A DNA stretch of 32,000 bases from Microcoleus vaginatus GB1-A2. GTDB lineage: Bacteria; Cyanobacteriota; Cyanobacteriia; Cyanobacteriales; Microcoleaceae. The notes below the pieces were generated by a model. The model saw nothing but the letters and a program-made list of their open reading frames with translations, ran no database searches and was not told where the DNA came from. The translations under genes were made by a program, and so were the position numbers. Positions 20,737 through 30,728 of this stretch are shown here, piece by piece. Position 1 is the stretch's first letter. Each line of letters opens with the position of its first letter. The stretch is taken from NCBI GenBank assembly GCA_040004015.1, contig JAMPKS010000051.1:1-32000 (forward strand). The letters run 5' to 3'.

Positions 20737-22864
20737 CAGAAAATACTCCTTTCCCGCCCTGAAATTCTCTTTTCAAGTCGAGGCAAACTATACGATCGCG
20801 CCCTTGTAGTTTAGCTCCATACAGCGCTCGATCGGCCTGTCCAATTAACCCCTGAATCGATAAACCAGCAGCAGGCACAACAGTAGCGATCCCCATACTG
20901 AGAGTTATAAACTTACTTACCTTGGAAGCAGCGTGAAAAATTGCCGCAGCTTTCAAATCGCTGCGAATTGATTCAGCTACCCGCATTGCTCCTTTCACAT
21001 CAGTTCGCGACAAAATTATCGCAAATTCTTCGCCGCCGTAGCGGGCGGCTAAATCTCCCGCCCGCTGAGCGTTCCTAGCTAAAATTTCGGCCACTTGTTT
21101 TAAACATTCGTCGCCTCCTTGATGCCCGTAATGATCGTTGTAAAGCTTGAAAAAATCGATATCGCACAAAATTAAAGACAGCGAATCTTTTTCTCGCTCC
21201 ATCCACTGCCATTCTAACTCCAATTTTTTGTCAAAACAGCGGCGGTTGGGAATTTGAGTCAATCCGTCCACCGAAGCGAGCCGCTGCAATTCCATGTTAG
21301 CTGCTTCTAATTCTAATTTGGCTTTTTCTAAAGCTAAATTTTGCCGAGCTAATTCTTCACTTTGCCGTTTTTCTTGTTCGTACAAAAATCGGATTGAAGC
21401 TTCAGCTTCTTGCAATTCTTGTTCCGCATATTTGCGCTTGACAAATTCCCCTAATTGAGAACTAACAACAGCTATTATCTGAAGTAAATCTTTATCCGGC
21501 GGCAGTTCTTCCCGGCAAAAAAAAGTCATTACTCCTACAACTAGGCCCCTAGCCTGAATGGGGAAACCGAATCCCGATCGCAGTCCCGCTTGCTCGGCCA
21601 AGCGCGATCGCACGAAATTGCGATCGCCCACAATATCAGTAATCCACTCCGGAGAACCGCTCCGGGAAACCGCTCCCGGCAAACCCTCACCCGCAGCCAA
21701 AGTAATCTGCGGGTCGTTTTCGGCAAACTCGCTAACTTCTTCCGCTGCCTGCCAAACTGCCACCCGCCGCCAACAAGGAGTTTCCTCGATCAAACAGCAA
21801 AGTGGCAGACACAAAAGCGGCTGTTTTTCCGATTTTATTTCCGCACCAAATCTAGTTTCTTTCTCCCCCTCTGCGGGCGTCCAAAGTTCGCCAATATCCC
21901 ACCCAAAACTTTGGCAAATAGCTTGCAAAATTCTCGGAGTTGCGCTATCTAGAGAACTTGATTCTGACAGGATATGAGTAACAGCATACTGTGCTTCTTG
22001 ACTATTTTTTATGTGCTGTTGCTTGGTAACGTCTTTGCCGATATAAACAAAATCTTGTATGACCTCGCTATCTGCATCCTTGCTTCCTATGCTTGTCTCG
22101 AAAGTAGAGCATGAAAACGCGACAATCACCTTTAAACCTATTTTCGTTTGGCAAGCTACTTTTACTTGAGGCCAATATTCGCATTTAAGTGCAGGAGGTA
22201 GCTGGCTGACTTTGCGCAACAATTCCTCCTCAGTCGTAATCATGGATATGGACTTGCCGATTAATTCCGATTCGGTATATCCAAATAATTGCTGTGCAGC
22301 TTGATTCACTTTTTTGATGTTTCCCGATGTTCCTGTTACTAACAAAACATCGCCTAGGGAATTAATAATTTTGTCAATATAATCGCCATTCGCCGCTAAG
22401 TAATCGACTTTAATACTGTTTTCGTTGGCAGGGTGAACCCGGCTTGGCTGAGCTGCAATGCTCTCTGTCACATCTTCGCATAAAATAATCAATCTGTCAG
22501 CATTGGCTTGTCCCTTATAACCAAAGATGTACAAATCTAGATACAAATTAGAGCCGTCTTTGAGAGTTCTGGTAATTGATTTTAACTGAAAGTCTTGCTC
22601 TCGTTCTTCAATAATGCCTTCAAGGATTCCTTCAATTCCGCTCAATTCAGGAAAACTATCGCGCACGTCTTTTCCTTCGCCTATTTCCTCATGAATGTCG
22701 GCAAATTCTTGCACTTTCAAAGATATTTCTTTAATCTTAAGCTCCCGATCGACTGCGAGGTATTCAATCCTGCGTAAGGATAACAGCTTATAAAGAAGAA
22801 TATTAATACTTCTTGAGCTGCTCTCTACAGTTAATGTTGGAAGTATTTCGTTATTGTAGAGCAT
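20717..22864 (-). CDS. PAS / GAF / GGDEF diguanylate cyclase
   Basis: The active site RYGGEEF has an RAGD (RxxD I-site) 5 residues upstream. There is a coiled-coil linker, a GAF-like region (ILQAICQSFGWDIGELW) and a PAS-like region (GNIKKVNQAAQQLFGYTESELIGKSI). ATG 22864 is preferred over GTG 22867. Confidence 0.9.
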   Translation of the reverse strand: MLYNNEILPTLTVESSSRSINILLYKLLSLRRIEYLAVDRELKIKEISLKVQEFADIHEEIGEGKDVRDSFPELSGIEGILEGIIEEREQDFQLKSITRTLKDGSNLYLDLYIFGYKGQANADRLIILCEDVTESIAAQPSRVHPANENSIKVDYLAANGDYIDKIINSLGDVLLVTGTSGNIKKVNQAAQQLFGYTESELIGKSISMITTEEELLRKVSQLPPALKCEYWPQVKVACQTKIGLKVIVAFSCSTFETSIGSKDADSEVIQDFVYIGKDVTKQQHIKNSQEAQYAVTHILSESSSLDSATPRILQAICQSFGWDIGELWTPAEGEKETRFGAEIKSEKQPLLCLPLCCLIEETPCWRRVAVWQAAEEVSEFAENDPQITLAAGEGLPGAVSRSGSPEWITDIVGDRNFVRSRLAEQAGLRSGFGFPIQARGLVVGVMTFFCREELPPDKDLLQIIAVVSSQLGEFVKRKYAEQELQEAEASIRFLYEQEKRQSEELARQNLALEKAKLELEAANMELQRLASVDGLTQIPNRRCFDKKLELEWQWMEREKDSLSLILCDIDFFKLYNDHYGHQGGDECLKQVAEILARNAQRAGDLAARYGGEEFAIILSRTDVKGAMRVAESIRSDLKAAAIFHAASKVSKFITLSMGIATVVPAAGLSIQGLIGQADRALYGAKLQGRDRIVCLDLKREFQGGKGVFSDDCERS

Positions 22865-23293
22865 CACTTTCCAAGGTTAGCAGGTAAAGTTAGTTGTTGT
22901 TTGGCTGCTATTTCTCATGGGAATTTTTATACTGGCGGATGTCACCAACTGTTACCGCTGGCTAATTTATGGAAACAGTACACTTTGGATTATCCAAACA
23001 GTTTTTTGCTTATTTTAAAAATGGGCAAAATATTAATTTGACCAACTTTTTTTTGAGAAAGCGCAGTCTAAATCAGCCTCAATTGAGGTTGAGATTTATG
23101 AACAATACGTAGCGGTTTGGACTATTTGTGCCGCACATCTTCATTGTAAATTCCCCGATATGGGTTACAAGCGCTAAAGTTGAGGAGCCGCACAGTTTAA
23201 TTCAAATGTTTCCTTTAATTAGCACCATTCCTATAGACCTTACCTCCCCTGGGTATTTGTGTCAATTTTTGTAAAGAAACTGTTACCTTTAAG

Positions 23294-23302
23294 TGATATA
23301 AT
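23294..23302 (+). promoter_or_regulatory. Extended -10 element TGaTATAAT
   Basis: A perfect TATAAT (23297-23302) with TG one base upstream lies 41 nt before the HAD gene ATG. There is no good -35 at 17-bp spacing. Confidence 0.3.
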
Positions 23303-23342
23303 ATCGAACAATTTGTATAAAAGCTTAAAAATATTCTGCTAA

Positions 23343-24029
23343 ATGCTGAGACTTATTACCGACTTTGATGGCCCGATCATGGACGTGTCCGAGCGCTACT
23401 ACCGAGTTTACCAGCAGTGTCTGGCCGAGACTCAACGTGAGGACCAACCAGTGCGCGAACTTCCCAAAGCCGAGTTTTGGGACATGAAGCGCGCGCGGGT
23501 TCCCGAAACCGAAATCGCCATCCTCTCAGGATTAGACGCAGCCCAAGCCCAGGATTTTGCTCAGAAACGCCGTCAAACCGTTCACACCCTCCCTTACATG
23601 ATTTACGATCGACCAGTGCCCGGCGCTCTGGAAACGCTCGAAAAGGTGCAGCGCGCTGGAGTAGACTTAGCGGTTCTGACGATGCGCCGCGTCAGGGAAC
23701 TAGACGAAGCCTTCAACCGCTGTAATTTAGGGCAATTTTTCCCTGAAAACCGCTGCTATTGCCTCCCCAACGATTACGTCAAAACCGGGGATGTCAAAGA
23801 TAAGCCGCTGCTGATGGCGAGAGCTCTCGCCGAACTGCCGCCGGCTTCTGACATTTGGATGGTGGGGGATACGGAGGCGGATATTGTAGCCGCAAAAACC
23901 CACGGTGTCAAGGTAATTGGTGTTTTGTGCGGAATTCGCGATCGCACCCAACTAGAAATCCACGAACCGGATTTAATTGCTAACAATTTGAGTGAAGCAG
24001 TTGAGATTATTTTAGGTTCCCAAAATTAG
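23343..24029 (+). CDS. HAD-superfamily hydrolase (phosphoglycolate phosphatase-like)
   Basis: Motif I ITDFDGPI and motif IV VGDTEADIVAA. Confidence 0.85.
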   Translation: MLRLITDFDGPIMDVSERYYRVYQQCLAETQREDQPVRELPKAEFWDMKRARVPETEIAILSGLDAAQAQDFAQKRRQTVHTLPYMIYDRPVPGALETLEKVQRAGVDLAVLTMRRVRELDEAFNRCNLGQFFPENRCYCLPNDYVKTGDVKDKPLLMARALAELPPASDIWMVGDTEADIVAAKTHGVKVIGVLCGIRDRTQLEIHEPDLIANNLSEAVEIILGSQN

Positions 24030-24068
24030 TCATTAGTCATTAGTCATTAGTCATTAGTTATGAGTTAT
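24027..24068. repeat. Heptamer array TAGTCAT x4 plus 2 degenerate units
   Basis: Read directly. The first TAG is the stop codon of the HAD gene. Confidence 0.9.
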
Positions 24069-24126
24069 TAATTGTTAGCTGATGTTATTGGTCCGAGGTC
24101 TTGATTTCACAGTTATTAGTTGTTGG

Positions 24127-24196
24127 CTGCTAACTGCTGACTGCTGACTAATGACTAATGACGGCTGACTAATAACTGCTGACTAATGACTGCTGA
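24127..24196. repeat. Heptamer array CTGCTGA / CTAATGA, 10 units
   Basis: Read directly. CTAATGA is the reverse complement of a circular permutation of TAGTCAT. The array abuts the stop codon (24197-24199) of the minus-strand gene. Confidence 0.9.
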
Positions 24197-24808
24197 CTAT
24201 CGCAGAAAACCGCTGACCAGCCACAGAATTAAAAACGTAAACACAGCGATAAATTTCTCTGTTGTTATAAATGCCGGACTGACAAAAGATCCCACAAGGC
24301 CTCCCAGTAGCAAGCCTATAACCAATCCAGCCACAGTCAGCAGCACGGCCCGACCAAATTTTTGTTCCTTGCGATTAACAAAATAAAGACAAGAGCCGAC
24401 CCCAAGAGCCAGAGTCAACTGTAGTAAAGCATCATTAGCCGCCGGATAAATACTCAGTCCGCCTAACCCCACATACACCCCAGCCGGCCACAAAATGTCC
24501 GATCGACTAGGAGTATCGATTAGCCGCTTCAACCAAGCTGGGCTGCCACTAGGAGGAGACGGACTAAAGCTTGCCGGTGGGGGAGTCAGCCGCTCGGGAA
24601 AGCGGATGCGTTCGGGTACTTTAATTTTACCTTCCTGTCGCTGTCGCAGGCGATCCATGAGGATCGCATCGTAAGCTGCTTCGATCGATTCCAAACGTTT
24701 CTTGTCACCGCTGTACTGCTCGCCTAGGCGTGTGCGGGCCTCTTGCACTTCATCAAAGGAAGCATCTTCATCGACTTCAAGCAGTTGATAGGGAGTTGGC
24801 TCACTCAT
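24197..24808 (-). CDS. J-like domain membrane protein (CPP1/CDF1-like, DUF3353-type)
   Basis: MSEPTPYQLLEVDEDASFDEVQEARTRL resembles a DnaJ J-domain start but lacks an obvious HPD. There are C-terminal hydrophobic helices. Start 24808 is chosen because the upstream 79 codons of the track ORF look non-coding. Confidence 0.7.
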   Translation of the reverse strand: MSEPTPYQLLEVDEDASFDEVQEARTRLGEQYSGDKKRLESIEAAYDAILMDRLRQRQEGKIKVPERIRFPERLTPPPASFSPSPPSGSPAWLKRLIDTPSRSDILWPAGVYVGLGGLSIYPAANDALLQLTLALGVGSCLYFVNRKEQKFGRAVLLTVAGLVIGLLLGGLVGSFVSPAFITTEKFIAVFTFLILWLVSGFLR

Positions 24809-25051
24809 TGTAATAACCCGCTGAAGACTCTCGTTATAGAGCAATCTTAACAAGAGAGGAAAGCGGGGCGGGGGCTCTGCCGCTTTCCCAAAAGTTTTGC
24901 TGCTAGTTTTTAGTGCTTTAAAACAGGAACCAGCAAACCTTAGGAAGGTAGAAGCTAGAAGGCATTCGGCATTCGTAAATAAAAAATAATTAATCCAAAG
25001 ATTTTTATTTTTATCTTGGCCATCTAAAATTTTACCTTCTGCCAAATGCCC

Positions 25052-25939
25052 TCAGAAGGGACTTGTCCTGCAGGCGCTCACAATTCCCGACCACTGGACT
25101 TTTTTAAGTCGATCGCGGCGGTAGGAAAAAAAGCGAGCCGAGTCTGAATAAGTACACAAAGGAGCGATCGCCACTTGAGAAAGATCAATTCCCAACTGCT
25201 GCAATTGCAGAGCATTGCAGAGGCGAACATCCAAGCGTACCTTTCCCGGTTCTGGATCGGCCAAGACAGGCGTTTCGGGCAGTTGGTGCAAAAACTCTAG
25301 AATGCCGTCGGCTGTTGGACTAACGGCACTCTTAGGAGCAATGGTGGCTCCCAGTTCCGCTGCCACTTCCACAGATACCTGGTAAACCTCTCCAGCGATC
25401 GCCGGCCCCATAGCAATCTTCAGATTTTCTAGTTGACTGCCTTGTGCCACAAGTTGAGCGATCGCCTCTGGTAATATCTTAGCAGCAGTCCCGCGCCAAC
25501 CCGCGTGAACTGCCGCAACCAGTCCCGTGCGATCGTCAGCAATCAGCACCGGCACGCAGTCAGCCGAGCAAACCCACAGCGCCTCCAATTCTCGCTCGGC
25601 CACCAAGCCATCAGCCTCAGCATAGCTTGGGCCAGCGATTTCCGGGTTCGGAGCCACAACCGGGGGCAACTGAGTGGTTTTGAGTACCGCATTGCCGTGT
25701 ACCTGTTGGAGTCGGTAAACCTTAGCTCCGGGTTCGAGAACTTCCGTCAGCTCGATCGGCCCCCGGGGCGAGAAATCGCGAGTAAAAAAGCCGTGAGACC
25801 AGCGAGAAAGCAAGCTGCAAGTCAAATAGGGCAAGCCTTCCCAGCTCTGCCACTGCCAACTGATACCGTCTGGTTGTCCGGCGCACTCTGAGTCAGGAAA
25901 ATTTGTCAAGCGATCGCCAGCTACAGTCATTAAACCCAT
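25052..25939 (-). CDS. pgeF: Peptidoglycan editing factor PgeF / YfiH (DUF152) family
   Basis: QVHG, SADCVPVL, AAVHAGWRGT and RFFSYRRD motifs. Confidence 0.85.
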   Translation of the reverse strand: MGLMTVAGDRLTNFPDSECAGQPDGISWQWQSWEGLPYLTCSLLSRWSHGFFTRDFSPRGPIELTEVLEPGAKVYRLQQVHGNAVLKTTQLPPVVAPNPEIAGPSYAEADGLVAERELEALWVCSADCVPVLIADDRTGLVAAVHAGWRGTAAKILPEAIAQLVAQGSQLENLKIAMGPAIAGEVYQVSVEVAAELGATIAPKSAVSPTADGILEFLHQLPETPVLADPEPGKVRLDVRLCNALQLQQLGIDLSQVAIAPLCTYSDSARFFSYRRDRLKKVQWSGIVSACRTSPF

Positions 25940-26343
25940 CCTTCCCCAAACGAATCATTTGCCTTGTATTCTAAACAATCAACAATTTTGCCGACTAAGT
26001 TTAAACACACGATCGGCTTTAATCAAAAATTCCGATTCCTCGGCGGTTAACTCCGGCGGACGCCGCCGAAATTTTGCTCTCGGGTCATGCAAAACTTCGG
26101 CAATTAATTAACATAAACGAACGCCAAAGCGCTATCATCAGTGTGACCGTAACAGACGAGTTACGGGTGCAGTCAGGCTCGAAAAAACCAGGGTATCCAT
26201 CGCGACTCGACCCAGCGACATTCGACTTGTTCGATGCGCCAAAAAAATTGCCTCAAGCCCGGTAAAATCATTTAGGGCTGTATAAAGACAAGGATTGCAA
26301 TACATTCGATCCTGACTTCGATCTCCTTGTACCCCCTGTTGAG

Positions 26344-28200
26344 TTGGGAAAAAAAATCGTGAAACCAGTTCCAGACAAGCAAATAACAGCCCATTTGAAC
26401 ACCAAACAGCAAAAAAAGAACCCTACAGGCGCTCGGACTCGATCGCGCCTTTTGTCCGATCGCTCACTGCTGGTGGGACTGGGTTGCCTTGCCAGTCTGG
26501 GACTGCTCAGCAAAGGCATAGTGTGGGCCCAAGCCGAAATTCCGCCAGCAGAACAAGCCGTCCCCGGCGCAGCAGACCTCCAGCCATTATTTGAAGCTCC
26601 TCTCCCGCCCCCGGAACCCGAATACAGCCAAGTGGAGCCAGAACCGTACCCTGAACCGCAGGCAGAAGTTCCACCGCCCGAGCCTGTCTATGCCGAACCG
26701 CCCAGTGAGCCGGAGTACGCCAGCGAACCACCTCCCACGGAATATTATCTGCCGGAGCCCGCGCTGATTCCCCTGCCAGAAGAGACGGCCCAGGAGCCGC
26801 CTTTTGAAGCGCCAGTTAACCCAGCCCACGCTGAAATCGACCAAACAGACTACAGCGTTGGCGCTACCAGCGACTACCAAGAGTACGAAGCGCCAACAAC
26901 AATAGAGTTTGCAGAACGATCGACCGGCTGCGAAGGAGTTGGCGGTTTGTGCGCGCCTCCTCCTGTTTCCGAGCCGGTGACGGCAGATGCAGGAGAGCCC
27001 TACTACAGCCCGGAAACTCCGATCGCAGACGACCGCTATATTGCAGCCCCTCCTCCTCGCAATCTGCCAGAAAGCCTTCCGGGCGATGTTGAGGGAACTG
27101 TTGCCGGAAATAGTAGCGGGAATGTTGTCAGTAAAGTCGGTCAAGCCGTTCAACAAATAGGCAGCCAGGTTTGGGGGGGATCAAACCCGCCGGAATCTGC
27201 TTACGCACCCCCGGGCTACTCGGCAAACCCCGGCTACTCGGCAAACCCCGGCTACTCGGCAAACCCCGGCTACTCGGCAAACCCCGGCTACTCCGCAGAC
27301 GCTGGATACTCGGCAAACCCAGGATACTCGGCAGACGCTGGATACTCCGCAGACGCTGGATACTCCGCAGACGCTGGATATTATGCCGAATCTGCATCTT
27401 ACGGCGGCGGTGCTCCAGCGCCCAGCATGGGACTCGGGCCGGTTCAAGTCGGTGCGATTAGTGTCAGCAGCGGCAGCAATACAGGTTTTGCCTTCTACAA
27501 TCTCACGCCGCGTCCTGCAGGCCTGCCCGGAAATGGCAACACCAGCCTGCTGTTTCCGCTATCTATTGCTTCGGCAATTACTTCGCCGTTTGGGTGGCGG
27601 ACTCATCCGGTTATGGGATACGGCAGGTTTCACACCGGAACTGACTTGGGGGCCCCGCTGGGAACGCCGGTACTGGCCGCCTATGCGGGCCAAGTGGCGA
27701 TCGCCGATTGGTTGGGCGGCTATGGTTTGACGGTGGTTCTCAACCACAACAAAAATTCTCAGGAAACTCTCTACGCCCACCTTTCGGAACTGTTTGTGAA
27801 ACCGGGAGAGTGGGTGAAACAGGGAGAGACTATCGGCCGCGTCGGCAGTACGGGAATGTCTACAGGGCCTCACCTCCACTTCGAGGTTCGGCAAATGACT
27901 GACCAGGGTTGGGTGGCGATCGACCCGGGTTCTCAGCTAGAATTCGCTCTGGCAAAAATGATCGGCACTTTGGAAACCGCCAAAGTACCCCAAATGCCAA
28001 AAATGGTGGAAATACAAACCGCTAACTCACTCAAGGATTTGGAAAACGATCTGCCCCAGCTTCCACCTCTGCCGCTGGGAATGGACATCGAAGTTCACAA
28101 CCTCCAGCCGCCATTCCCGGAACTGTTAAAGGCTGACACTTCGGTGGCCAAAGACAAGCAAGCCCCCAAACCAAAAACTCAGAAGCAAGCTAGCAGGTAA
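26344..28200 (+). CDS. M23-family (LytM-type) metallopeptidase with Pro/Glu-rich and hexapeptide-repeat linker
   Basis: FHTGTDLGAPLGTPV, GSTGMSTGPHLHFEV and an N-terminal hydrophobic segment. The start is TTG 26344 or GTG 26359, since there is no early ATG. Confidence 0.88.
   Translation: MGKKIVKPVPDKQITAHLNTKQQKKNPTGARTRSRLLSDRSLLVGLGCLASLGLLSKGIVWAQAEIPPAEQAVPGAADLQPLFEAPLPPPEPEYSQVEPEPYPEPQAEVPPPEPVYAEPPSEPEYASEPPPTEYYLPEPALIPLPEETAQEPPFEAPVNPAHAEIDQTDYSVGATSDYQEYEAPTTIEFAERSTGCEGVGGLCAPPPVSEPVTADAGEPYYSPETPIADDRYIAAPPPRNLPESLPGDVEGTVAGNSSGNVVSKVGQAVQQIGSQVWGGSNPPESAYAPPGYSANPGYSANPGYSANPGYSANPGYSADAGYSANPGYSADAGYSADAGYSADAGYYAESASYGGGAPAPSMGLGPVQVGAISVSSGSNTGFAFYNLTPRPAGLPGNGNTSLLFPLSIASAITSPFGWRTHPVMGYGRFHTGTDLGAPLGTPVLAAYAGQVAIADWLGGYGLTVVLNHNKNSQETLYAHLSELFVKPGEWVKQGETIGRVGSTGMSTGPHLHFEVRQMTDQGWVAIDPGSQLEFALAKMIGTLETAKVPQMPKMVEIQTANSLKDLENDLPQLPPLPLGMDIEVHNLQPPFPELLKADTSVAKDKQAPKPKTQKQASR
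27211..27390 (+). repeat. Ten tandem 18-bp units encoding PGYSAN / PGYSAD / AGYSAD hexapeptides
   Basis: Units start every 18 bp from 27211, and three consecutive units (27229-27282) are identical. Confidence 0.95.
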
Positions 28201-28343
28201 AAATGGCGGCTTGGCTGGATTAATTTTTTTAGGGGCGGGCGAATAGCCCACCCCCCAATAAAATTGATGTTTTGTAGAACGGGCACTCCTAACCTGTTGC
28301 TGAGCCGGGTGCAAGATTTGTTGATATCAGATCTGATGGATTT

Positions 28344-28372
28344 CTCGTTACCATAAAAAGCCTGGTAACGAG
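28344..28372 (+). promoter_or_regulatory. Perfect 10-bp stem hairpin in the leader of the membrane-protein gene
   Basis: ctcgttacca (28344-28353) / tggtaacgag (28363-28372) with a 9-nt loop, 34 nt upstream of ATG 28406. Function is unknown. Confidence 0.3.
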
Positions 28373-28405
28373 GAAAAACCGATAAAAATTGGTAACTTGC
28401 AGCTT

Positions 28406-30712
28406 ATGCTAATAGCGCAGCATTTGTGGGAATTAATTTTATTTCTGATTATTGTAGTCGGCCCGATTCCCTTAAGCTTGTCTCTTGCGTTCGAGAATCA
28501 GAAGGAAAACAATAACTATTCATTTCCCCATTTTTTACTCGTACTCCTGACGGGATGGAGCATTGCACAAGTTTGTATCGGCTTGATTTTAGGAAGTGCC
28601 GATCGACTAAATATTTCTGCGGTGATTATAGCAGAAATTCTGATTGGTGCGCTCGGCTTAATCCTGATTTATGCCAAAAACCCCACAGCTTTTACCTTCT
28701 CGCAGTGGCAGATTCCCCAACTCCAGCAACCTCTGGGCAAATACGAATATCTAATTATTGGTGCCGCCGCTTTTGCAGGATTTGTGCTGTGGGAAACTCT
28801 AGCAACCAAACCCACAACCAATTATGATTCATTGTGGTTTCACCTGCCTGCGATCGCCAGATGGTATCAAACTCATTCATTTACATTATTAGATGCCGCC
28901 GGAAATTGGATTTTTGAACAAGATCAAGCTAAAGTATATCCGTACAATTGGCACGTTTTATCTGTTTTATGTTTAATCCCGTTCAAAGAAGATTTTCTCG
29001 CAACTTTTCCCCTGTTAATTGCGTGGGTACTTGAGGGAATTGCCGTCTATCTATTGAGCGTAAAATTTGGAGCCAGCCGAATTCACGGTATGGCAGCAGC
29101 ATCTTTAGTATTGACAGTACCGATGATGCTCAACCAAGTTAACAGCATTCACCCCGACTTACCGCTAGCTGCAATATTTACAGTGGGTTTGTATCTAGGT
29201 TTATCCTATCATAGCAGCCGATCGCAATCCGAACTATCCCTATTTTTGGCAGCCACAGGAATGCTAGCCGGAATTAAAATCACCGGGATAGTCTATGCAG
29301 CCTCACTTTTAGGAGGATTAGCAATATTAGAACTTAAAAGATTCGCCCTTAATAAAAATTCCACACCAGCTAATTTTAGAATTCGCCACTTTATCAAACC
29401 AGTCTTGCTGTGCGGCATAGCTTGTTGCTTGTTTTTAGGAGGTTTTTGGTATGCCAGAAACTTGCTGCAGATCAATTATCCTGTCGGTGATGTCGGCAAT
29501 ATTACTATTCCCTTAGATCCTGTTGCCTTACCGTCTCCCGTACCTGCGCCAACACCTCCCGTACAGCAGCCAACACCTACCCTACTTGCGCCGCCCGCTT
29601 CGCCACTTTTCAAGATTTGGCAAAGCACTTTAGCAGCTCAATTTAATCCCAGCAATATTTCTCACTGGCAAACTCTCGGCTTACAAATTATCATTAGATT
29701 GCAACTGCCATTTCTGGCGATCGCACTTCAGGTATTGGCAGCGCCTCTGGCTTTGATGCAAGGTAAAAGCAGAAGAATTAATCAAAATAATATCATTTTA
29801 ATTATACTTCTCGCCAGCACAGGAATTCTGTATCTAATTACACCTTACACGTCCGGTACTGCGGGAGATTCGATCGGTCAAATCAGCCCTTTACTGGGTT
29901 TTAATCTCAGATACGGCTTTCCCTTTTTAAGCTTGCTGGGCATAGCAGCCGCAGCTACAGCAACTCGGATAAAAACTCCAAATCAAGTTGTTGTCGCAGT
30001 TGTTTTAGTTAGCAGTATTTCGGGCATTACTAGCAGCACAATTTTTGACATTATTAAAAATGCTTCTTTTACCGGAAAGAGTATTATTTGGGGAAGCGGA
30101 TTGATTGACAAGTTTAAATCTAATTTCGGGGAAGCTATCAATCTTGCGCTCAAAATATTAGCCCCCAGTTTTCGATATTTAGCGATATACCCGTTAGTTT
30201 TTATTGGTTTACTGCTGCTGGGTTGGATTATATTTAAGCACCCTCCTAGTTTAATCTGGTTAAAAAATCTACTTACCAGCCTGAAGAAGTCGAGTTACAT
30301 AATAATAATTTGTATCTGTATAGCATTGATGGTAAGTGCTAGTTGGGTGGCGAGGGAAAAGCGAGATGTTGCTCGCACAGAACTGTATCGCGGTATTTAC
30401 GAGTATATCGATAAAAATACAGTACCAGATGAAAGAATAGGCTTCTTTTTAAGTTCCCGCAGCTACCTGTTTTACGGCAGAAATTTGGACAGACAAGTTT
30501 TATATGTGCCTTTTAGAGCCGATCGACTTTCGGCATGGATCGACAACCTACGGCGAAATAAAATTAGGACTGTGGGATTCGGGCCCCTGACTGGGACAGA
30601 CGCAGCTACCAGAAAAGCTCTATCTTGGCTGACAAGTGCCGAGGGCCCGCTGCAACCAGTTTTCGGAAAAGATTTTAACACTGAGTCGGTGTTGTATCGT
30701 TTGAAAAATTAA
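28406..30712 (+). CDS. Large polytopic membrane protein, possible GT-C-fold (ArnT/PMT-like) glycosyltransferase
   Basis: About 768 aa with many hydrophobic helices in two blocks, split by a Pro-rich linker (PSPVPAPTPPVQQPTPT), and a soluble C-terminal tail. The family assignment is an inference from architecture and glycosyltransferase neighbours. Confidence 0.6.
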   Translation: MLIAQHLWELILFLIIVVGPIPLSLSLAFENQKENNNYSFPHFLLVLLTGWSIAQVCIGLILGSADRLNISAVIIAEILIGALGLILIYAKNPTAFTFSQWQIPQLQQPLGKYEYLIIGAAAFAGFVLWETLATKPTTNYDSLWFHLPAIARWYQTHSFTLLDAAGNWIFEQDQAKVYPYNWHVLSVLCLIPFKEDFLATFPLLIAWVLEGIAVYLLSVKFGASRIHGMAAASLVLTVPMMLNQVNSIHPDLPLAAIFTVGLYLGLSYHSSRSQSELSLFLAATGMLAGIKITGIVYAASLLGGLAILELKRFALNKNSTPANFRIRHFIKPVLLCGIACCLFLGGFWYARNLLQINYPVGDVGNITIPLDPVALPSPVPAPTPPVQQPTPTLLAPPASPLFKIWQSTLAAQFNPSNISHWQTLGLQIIIRLQLPFLAIALQVLAAPLALMQGKSRRINQNNIILIILLASTGILYLITPYTSGTAGDSIGQISPLLGFNLRYGFPFLSLLGIAAAATATRIKTPNQVVVAVVLVSSISGITSSTIFDIIKNASFTGKSIIWGSGLIDKFKSNFGEAINLALKILAPSFRYLAIYPLVFIGLLLLGWIIFKHPPSLIWLKNLLTSLKKSSYIIIICICIALMVSASWVAREKRDVARTELYRGIYEYIDKNTVPDERIGFFLSSRSYLFYGRNLDRQVLYVPFRADRLSAWIDNLRRNKIRTVGFGPLTGTDAATRKALSWLTSAEGPLQPVFGKDFNTESVLYRLKN

Positions 30713-30728
30713 AATATAGCAGTTATAA

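Noticed and set aside
24809-25045. 79-codon N-terminal extension of the J-like protein ORF
   Set aside because: The translation is not protein-like, and the conserved J-like start MSEPTPYQLLEV begins at ATG 24808.
26074-26265. 63-aa ORF, or a riboswitch (e.g. the c-di-AMP ydaO class, often found before cell-wall hydrolases), upstream of the M23 peptidase
   Set aside because: The ORF has no RBS or motifs. I could not find the conserved ydaO-type G-rich/ACGGGG-like elements, only a short ccgtaac...gttacgg hairpin.
27128-27461. Three overlapping ORFs on both strands across the 18-bp repeat
   Set aside because: These are repeat-generated open frames (LLGKPR..., RLRSIQ..., VCGVSS...). The M23 peptidase frame is the one with domain support.
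28229-28252. ggggcgggc-gaata-gcccacccc hairpin as the intrinsic terminator of the M23 peptidase gene
   Set aside because: The stem has a mismatch, and the T-run lies upstream rather than downstream on the + strand. The geometry is not canonical.
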